In this document: positions 57,077-64,000 of the stretch, one piece after another
Layout: each line of letters opens with the position of its first letter
Position numbering within the stretch: the first letter of the stretch is position 1
Source of the DNA: Hormiphora californensis
Lineage: Eukaryota; Animalia; Ctenophora
DNA: 64,000 nt
Direction of reading: 5' to 3'
NCBI GenBank assembly: GCA_020137815.1
Contig: CM035353.1
Span: forward strand, 6,014,001 to 6,078,000
Position numbers and translations under genes: made by a program
Notes under the pieces: generated by a model
The model's input: only the letters and a program-made list of their open reading frames with translations
The model's database searches: none
Told to the model about the DNA's origin: nothing

Positions 57077-60000
57077 ATGGAGTTGCTATCTCTTGTAGCA
57101 GTTCTCCAGCTGATAGCAGGTAATTTGAGATTAAACAAGTTCGATTATTTTATTTGCGTTTGAAATGCATACTATCTAAAGTATTTAACATAGACTTAAA
57201 AGGTCCCCACTTGGGTTTGTGAAACTCCCCACGGTCAAGGCTCCATTCCCTGATGAAATAGAGACTTTTGAGGTTATGAAATTGCAAGTCTCTATCTCAT
57301 CATCGTATGGCTCATCGTTTTATTTTGGATATCATCAGGAGGTATAGAGCAATTCCCGTGGGAAATGTTACAAAATCCACGTGATGGCCTTTTTAGTTTG
57401 GATTTTACTTTAGGGTAGTGTGTAAATCCACAGATTACTGTTGAGAGGTGTTATGTACCAATTGATATTTACAGTGTCTGGGGCGGAACAAGATGGATAC
57501 GAGTTGGTCATTTCGTGTGATGATTCTATAGAAGTATACGTGGACGGGGAGCGAGTGGAAACAGAAAATGAAGAAACGTAAGTCTTGTGTAATCACACAT
57601 ATCTCAATCACCCATGTTTTGTGATAAAACTTTGTTTTGTGACACCATGGTGAGAGCGCACGAATGGGGGTCTAGCTATAGGCTTGGTGAGAATGCTCAA
57701 AATTGAAGAACTCCAGAGTTGGTTAGACAATATATCTTGATAAAACAGAAATCTCATGCAGGTGGGATAAAGCGAGTTACATTGACCTTCCTCCATCTGT
57801 TAAACGAATTGCTGTTGCATGCACCAACAACAACGTAAAATACGGAATTTACGGAGCCATAAAGGTGTGAAAATAACAACAAAGTAAACCAATTTTGTTG
57901 TTTTATTAAAGCTAAACATGCTTTCTCTATCCAGGGCATCTGCAGCGGATGCTTGTGCTTCTAGCATCCTTTACTTTGCTTCAAAAGTTTTATGAGTTGT
58001 GAGCATGAGATCATATTATTAAGATATTGTTAGATAGCCCATCTGCTCTAAAAATATATATACCCTCCCACTCGCAGGACAAATACGGACGTGTCCTATT
58101 AACTACCGATAGCACATGGATGTGTAAGAAACCGGATTATAAGGATGCTGAAAACTGGTTTAAGGATGCTGTAATGGATGCTATGCCCTCAGGCGAGCCA
58201 TCGTGGATGCCTGCTAGAATCATCGATCAAAGTTCTGCCGTGGCTGCAGTTAAGGACATACCAAGTATGATATACTCTACTTTAATATTTGTGTTCCTAC
58301 GATTACAATTCGAAATTCTTTGTAGCACATGCACGGATGTGCAGCAGCTACTTCTTCCACCGGAAGGTGACTTTCGAGTTTCAGTAACAAGAGAACGGAC
58401 TGTTACACACTCAAAAGTCAAAAGTGAGCTATTTCCCAAAAACTGACATTGACTATCTAATATGATGTATTTTTAAGGTCAGACTTCTGTGATATGGTCT
58501 TTTACGTGGACGAGAAAAGTTTGGTGCGTGAGAGAGATATCGGAATCTGAACTCGTTCGCAACCAGAATGTAATAAAATTAACAGCACGACAAGTTACAC
58601 ATCCTGGACCTCCAACGAGTCAATCAAAACGTGAGTTTTTACAAATCCCAACATTTAAAGTGAGAGTGGACCGGATCAAAATTGGACAAGTTTGTTGAAG
58701 GTAGTAGAGATTAGCTTTCTGAGCATTTTGCGTTTTTGCCGCTCAAAATCGACCCACCCATCACTGAGATATTTTTGTTATGTTGGGAGAATTCCTGCTG
58801 GATCAGTATTTAACAAACATGATAGAAACAATCCTTGTGTTTTACTAACACATTCTTTATATCTTTAATATGCTGGCTTGCATTGCCCTGCTTCTGTGCA
58901 TGGACATGTTAACCTCACTGCTTATATTCAGAATGTGTTAGTAAAACACCACGATTGTTTCTATTCTGTTTTATACATACTGATTAAACAGGAGTTCTCC
59001 CAACATAACAAAAATATTTCAGTGATGGGACGGTCGATTTTGAGCGGCAAAAACGCAAAATGCTCAGAAAGCTAATCTCTACTACCTACAACAAACTTGT
59101 CCAATTCTGATTCGGTCCACTCTCACTTTAAATTCACAAAGTGCGATTGCAGTTTAGTACAGTAAGTTGAACTTACTAAGTTCTGAATCACGTCTACCTC
59201 TCACACAGCTACCAGTGCCGCAATTACAACACGGTTGGTGTCTACGCATATCGAGGAATGTCCACTCAGTGTAATTGGGGGGTTTCTAAAGCGGAAATGC
59301 CTCGAAAAATTTCCAAACGCCATTCCAGGACGGCCCAGCTACGACCTTTTCCAGTGTATTAACTCTTTGGAACGTTACTACTTGGATGTCGATTTTTTTT
59401 AAACTACATCCGTGACGGGATTCCGGTGTCCCGAAAACATCGATTACGAGATGTGTGGACTAAAATCAGTCAATTTAGATGTCATTCCAAAGGAGATGAT
59501 TTGCGGTATTGTCCCCTGCGATATTTATGAATCAAAAGCAATTGAAGTGATGCTCTTTTCAAAGGCATGTCAAAATCCCGGATGCAGGGAGAACATTCCA
59601 GCTAACAGCTGCCAGGAACAGTCAGGGGAATGCGATGGAGTTTGTGATGGCAGTGATTGTTGGGATGAACACTATTGTAATGGTTACAAGTACGGGGTAT
59701 TTTGCACTGGCTACAGGAAAACATTGTATATGCCACCGGTTAATTTTTGCGAAAACTTGAGAGATTGCGTTTCGACCGACCTTTCGTGTGATTACGACAA
59801 GAATCCTGGTCAGCAATTCTGTGAGACTGAAAGTGCAGGAATTACCTCAAAGATTCCTCTATTTGACTTCATAAGATGCTCGAGTATAAAGGTTTATTCG
59901 GTAAAAGCTGAATGTATTGTAGGAATGAATATCGCTGAAGTAGATCGACATCGACAGGATATTTACTCGTACGTGCCAGTTTGTGAAAACTTCATGGACC

Positions 60001-62539
60001 AGACAAATTGCTCCGATCCTGCCAGGGTGGCCTTGTCGTGTCCCATACGGGGCTACATGTCCACCGTTGCCAAGGTAATGGTATGTGACGAGCTACGTGT
60101 TGGTCTCTGTGATGATAACTTGGATACCCTGTGTGAGGATGTCACCGACACGTGCACCATCCACAAGCACCAGATTTGTGATGGTAAAGCTGACTGTCCG
60201 GCCGAACAGGACGAAGTTTGCCGTTACATGACCGGCATAAGCATCTGTAAAAGAAAAGCCAGTAAGGGTGAGTATTCAAAGATACCGATTAGCTGGCTTA
60301 GCGATGGATATACCGACTGTGTAGGCGGAGAGGATGAGCATCCAGAGATGTGGCCGACATGTGGCAATGGGACAACGAGGAGGTTCGTCGAAAGCAGTGC
60401 GGTTTCGTGTGAGGATGTTGTGGTATGCAAAGCAGATGGATTGGCAGCTAAGTTGGAGTTCATACCAACAGGGTTTCTGTGTGATGGGATCGATACGTGT
60501 GGCAATGAAAACAACATGTGCGTTAGGCATCGGATAGAGGTGTTCAATACCGCTGTATCTGTGAAAAAGGGCTGGCATAAGTTTCTCCTTCACTGTCTTC
60601 CTGGGCTGAACAGCATTGAGGTTCTATCTGATTCCCAGTGTATGAGTACACCTTTTAACAACAGCGTCATATTTGGGACGAAAGAAATAGAACTGACGCT
60701 CCCGTCCAATAAAGTTTCCTGCAAGTACGTCTACGGTGAGGTGTATGTATACCTTGCATGCAGTAACAGATGCTCCGACAACGTCACTTGCCCCTTTGAC
60801 AGAACGCCACTAAAACGCGACTCCTGTCCGGCAGACTTTCCCAAAAAAGTCCTCACTTATTACAACGGTGACCAGCTAACATTTGTGACCCGCAAAGGAG
60901 AATGGTGGGTTCAAGAGGCGTTCCATTGTGAAAACCATCGGTGCCTAACTTTTGACAAAGTTTGCAATCTAGTCGATGATTGTGGTGATGGAAGCGATGA
61001 AATTAAGTGCGTCAACCACTTTAAATGTGGGGAAAAACTGCTACCCCTCCACCAGGTATGCGATGGGGTAACTGATTGTTTTGATCGAAGTGATGAATGC
61101 AACAGCCGTTGCAGCAGACATATTTTGGAGGGTTTTGGACTGAAAATTTTCGCTTTTGTCTTTGGATCTCTCGCCACCGGGCTCAATATTTGGACGCTTT
61201 TGAGTGTTGCCAAGCAACTGCCAAATGCTAAAACTGACGTTGCATTCCAAAACAGGGTGCTAGTTGGTTTGATCAGTTTTGGTGACCTATTCAACGGGAT
61301 TTACTTGCTGGCCGTGGCGATTTTTGATCAGATTCAATCGGATGAATACTGTGAGAAACAGGATGACTGGCTTACCAGTGGAAAGTGTGATCTTCTAGGG
61401 GTTTCTAGTACCGCTGCATCATGTCTTTCGGTGTTTGCCATGACCAGTCTGAGTCTTACCCGGGCTGTTGGTGTTAGAGGGGGCATCCGTCCCACGAAAA
61501 ACCGGAACATTCTAAAAACAGCCGGATTATTAGCATTGGTGCTTGTGATAGTTGCTGTGGCGATAGCTGCGTCTCCTGTGATCCTAGCTACCTGGTTGGA
61601 GGATGTCTTCATAAGTGGCCAAGTATGGGACGAGCAGGTTAAGATGTTTTTGGGAAGATCTAGCAAAGCCCAACATTTGGATACAATTGAAGGTTACTAT
61701 GGGAGGGTCTCCAAAAAGGGCAAAGGGGCCTCCTCAGCGACAATGAGCTGGAAGTATGCTACAAGTCTCATCAAAGGAATGTACACCAGTGATTACGGTA
61801 ACTTGGAGGGAATGCACAAGTTCGTTGGCTTTTACGGGAACGGAGGCGTATGTCTGTTCAAGTTTTTTGTCCTTCCAGACGACCCACAGTTTGTGTTTTC
61901 CCTCACCTTCCAGATATTGAACATGGCTTGCCTGGCGGTTATTTCTACCTGTTACATCATCATTGCAGTTGAGGTAGGTATAAATGTACATATAATATCT
62001 CATACTGTGGAGAGTAAAACATATCATACTGGAGGGGTTTGTCTAGTTTTCTAATACTGTTTTTATAACACTTTCTTTTAACTCTTTTAACCACTCTCTA
62101 TTTGCAGCTGAACCGAAGTGTGAACAAAGTTACAGGTGGGTCAGAGAACAACAACAACAACAACCACATTGCCAGGCTAAAACAACAGAAGAGATCCCAA
62201 CGCAAGATCTCCCTCATCATTGGTACAGATATGCTTTGTTGGCTGCCTGTGATGGCCATATCTGGACTCCACATGGGACAGGTGGTGGATGCAACACCGT
62301 ACTACGGGGTTCTATCCGTTATCATCCTTCCCATCAACTCCATCATCAACCCCCTCCTGTATAGTGATAGTGTATACGGGAAGGTGGAGAAGTGGGCACA
62401 ATGGGGATGGTTTGGAGCGGGCAAAATGTTTTCTTGGACCCTAACAAACGTATGGAAGAGGAATCCGGTAGTAGAGGTTATTGAGATGGGACCGGTAGCG
62501 AACAGGCCAGAAACTTCTAATCTGCCAAGTAATATGTGA
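57077..62539 (+). CDS. LGR/RXFP/GRL101-related class A GPCR: signal peptide, lectin-like domain, multiple LDLa/Cys-rich modules, 7TM, no LRRs; exons 57077-57119, 57475-57577, 57762-57864, 58078-58264, 58478-58630, 59209-61973, 62108-62539; in-frame TAA at 59400
   Basis: LDLa motifs (CDGKADCPAEQDE, CNLVDDCGDGSDE, CDGVTDCFDRSDE); TM2 LISFGDLFNGIYL, TM6 IIGTDMLCWLP, TM7 LPINSIINPLLY; phases consistent. Confidence 0.88.
58659..59127. mobile_element. Palindromic MITE with TTAA TSD and AG...CT ends (Kolobok-like), in GPCR intron
   Basis: TTAA-AGTGAGAGTGGACCG...CGGTCCACTCTCACT-TTAA with ~200-bp diverged arms; a decayed TTAA-type palindrome also at ~57196-57395. Confidence 0.8.
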
Positions 62540-64000
62540 ACAAGGACAAAATACGTGAGACCAATAAACCACCGTTGTTTAAATCAACTATCGGTATTTT
62601 TTTCTGTCTGGGGAGATACCAGAAAGCCTTAGACTCAAGTCCAGGTTAGATCTACATCTATCTAGATTGCATGTTTTTTGTTTAGTTTATTTACCAAAAG
62701 AAGAGAAATCTTTTGAGCCAATTGTTGTGGTCAGCTCATTTGATAATGCTGTTTTTTAATATTTCTGTGACGCCATGGTAACCCACTAAATGGTACAATT
62801 AAATGCTTTTTTGTCTTTGTAACAACCAGATAAAGACCACTTTAAATCTCGCCAAATCTCTCCCGTTCACCTGTCATTTAGTGAAGAGGTAGAAGAAATG
62901 AGAGGGTTTGCTGTAAATGACTTCCCCGATAAAGGAACCATACTTATCACATGGCTGTCGGTTATCCCGTAATCCTGAGATAAAACATTTATCATAAAAG
63001 TACAACTAAGTAAGAAACCCAGTATTTTTCGTATTTTTCGATTTTCTTCCCTATTTAATTCTTGCTCTGAACTCATTATTCAGAGTAAGTAAGAACTAAG
63101 AAGTAAACATTTTGCAACCAGTCACATGAAAATGTTGTGGCAAAAACCTCTGCAACCAGTCACTGCATAAACCCGATCTATAAATATGATCACCATTGTT
63201 TAATTACCTGAATAGAAGAGGAGTCTTTAAGATACTGATTCTTGAACTTCAGCCTGAATTGATGTGAACCTCGGCCCATCTCGTAAAGAATATGTAGAAT
63301 GTTAGCCTTCAAGCGGGCAATCGAATCGGAGGCATTGCATGAAATCACAAAGGTGCGGCCCTGAGAAAAAAAAGAGAAAATGCTTTAATAAGGTTGTCTG
63401 TTACTACTTAACTAGTGTGTTTCACTTACAGTAAAAACTGGGCTACTGATATACAGGAGCATGTCGTTGTTCAAATGTCACCTTTCATGGGGTTCATCGT
63501 GCTAAACCATCTGTAAACGAGTTTAAAAACTTAGCAAGAACAATCATGAGTCATGATTTATGACATGAGTGAAAATTCAATTCAATTGTCGACAGTAAAT
63601 ACAAATATTGGCAAACGTTGCTAGGGGGATAAGGCAGCGCTTTTCAAATACAAATACAAATATATATAGTTTATATTATGTACATATAATATATAATTTA
63701 TATCCCGCTTTTGGGGCAAAGGTGACCATCCCCTCCACCATCCGTGCGTGCCAGAAAGCAGTTATAAAAATGGATCTAACCGCCAAACCACTCAACCGTT
63801 TTGGCTAATTCAAAGTTTATCTGGTAGGAAATGTCAAGGCCTAACCCCAACCCAAACCCCAGCCCTTACCCTAACCCTACTTTAGCCATAACCCTAAAAA
63901 ACCGTTTGTCAGCACTCACCAAACACCCAGATTTTAACGGACACGATTTTAATCTGGGTGCCTACTGCCTTGCAGCCTGTTTACAGGTGCACGCTACCAA

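Noticed and set aside
58265-58446. Continuation of ORF 58027-58446 as a GPCR exon
   Set aside because: The phase-1 donor at 58265 joins cleanly to the acceptor at 58478 and completes the domain; the intervening open frame is probably intronic.

Overview
Gene-dense, intron-rich eukaryotic (animal) genomic DNA. It is most likely from a cydippid ctenophore (Pleurobrachia/Hormiphora-like). That is an inference from a ~105-bp CAGGAACCGACCGA-ended repeat I recall from Pleurobrachia, an LRR-less LDLa-7TM receptor, and acceptor AGs just upstream of start codons. By hand-splicing I reconstruct nine host genes: PFDN5 (intronless), a 14-exon C2H2 zinc-finger gene, RNA Pol II subunit RPB9, a tetraspanin, Hook, a mitochondrial-type branched-chain aminotransferase (BCAT), an intronless CYP46-like P450 nested antisense in BCAT intron 6, a transmembrane + Armadillo-repeat gene that the ORF track largely misses, and a lectin-like/LDLa/7TM receptor. 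Mobile DNA includes an L2/CR1-group LINE split by a Helentron/DINE-like element, a small canonical Helitron, and many TA- or TTAA-flanked MITE/foldback palindromes up to 1.3 kb. The most unusual signals: (1) many introns hold degenerate tandem 'echo' copies of the neighbouring splice junction; (2) an AG acceptor sits 0-24 nt before nearly every start codon, with a tight PFDN5-ZNF pair (possible SL trans-splicing/operon); (3) the P450 lacks the I-helix acid-alcohol Thr; (4) four genes show single-base reading-frame lesions (errors or null alleles). Exon coordinates were read by eye and may be off by a few nt.
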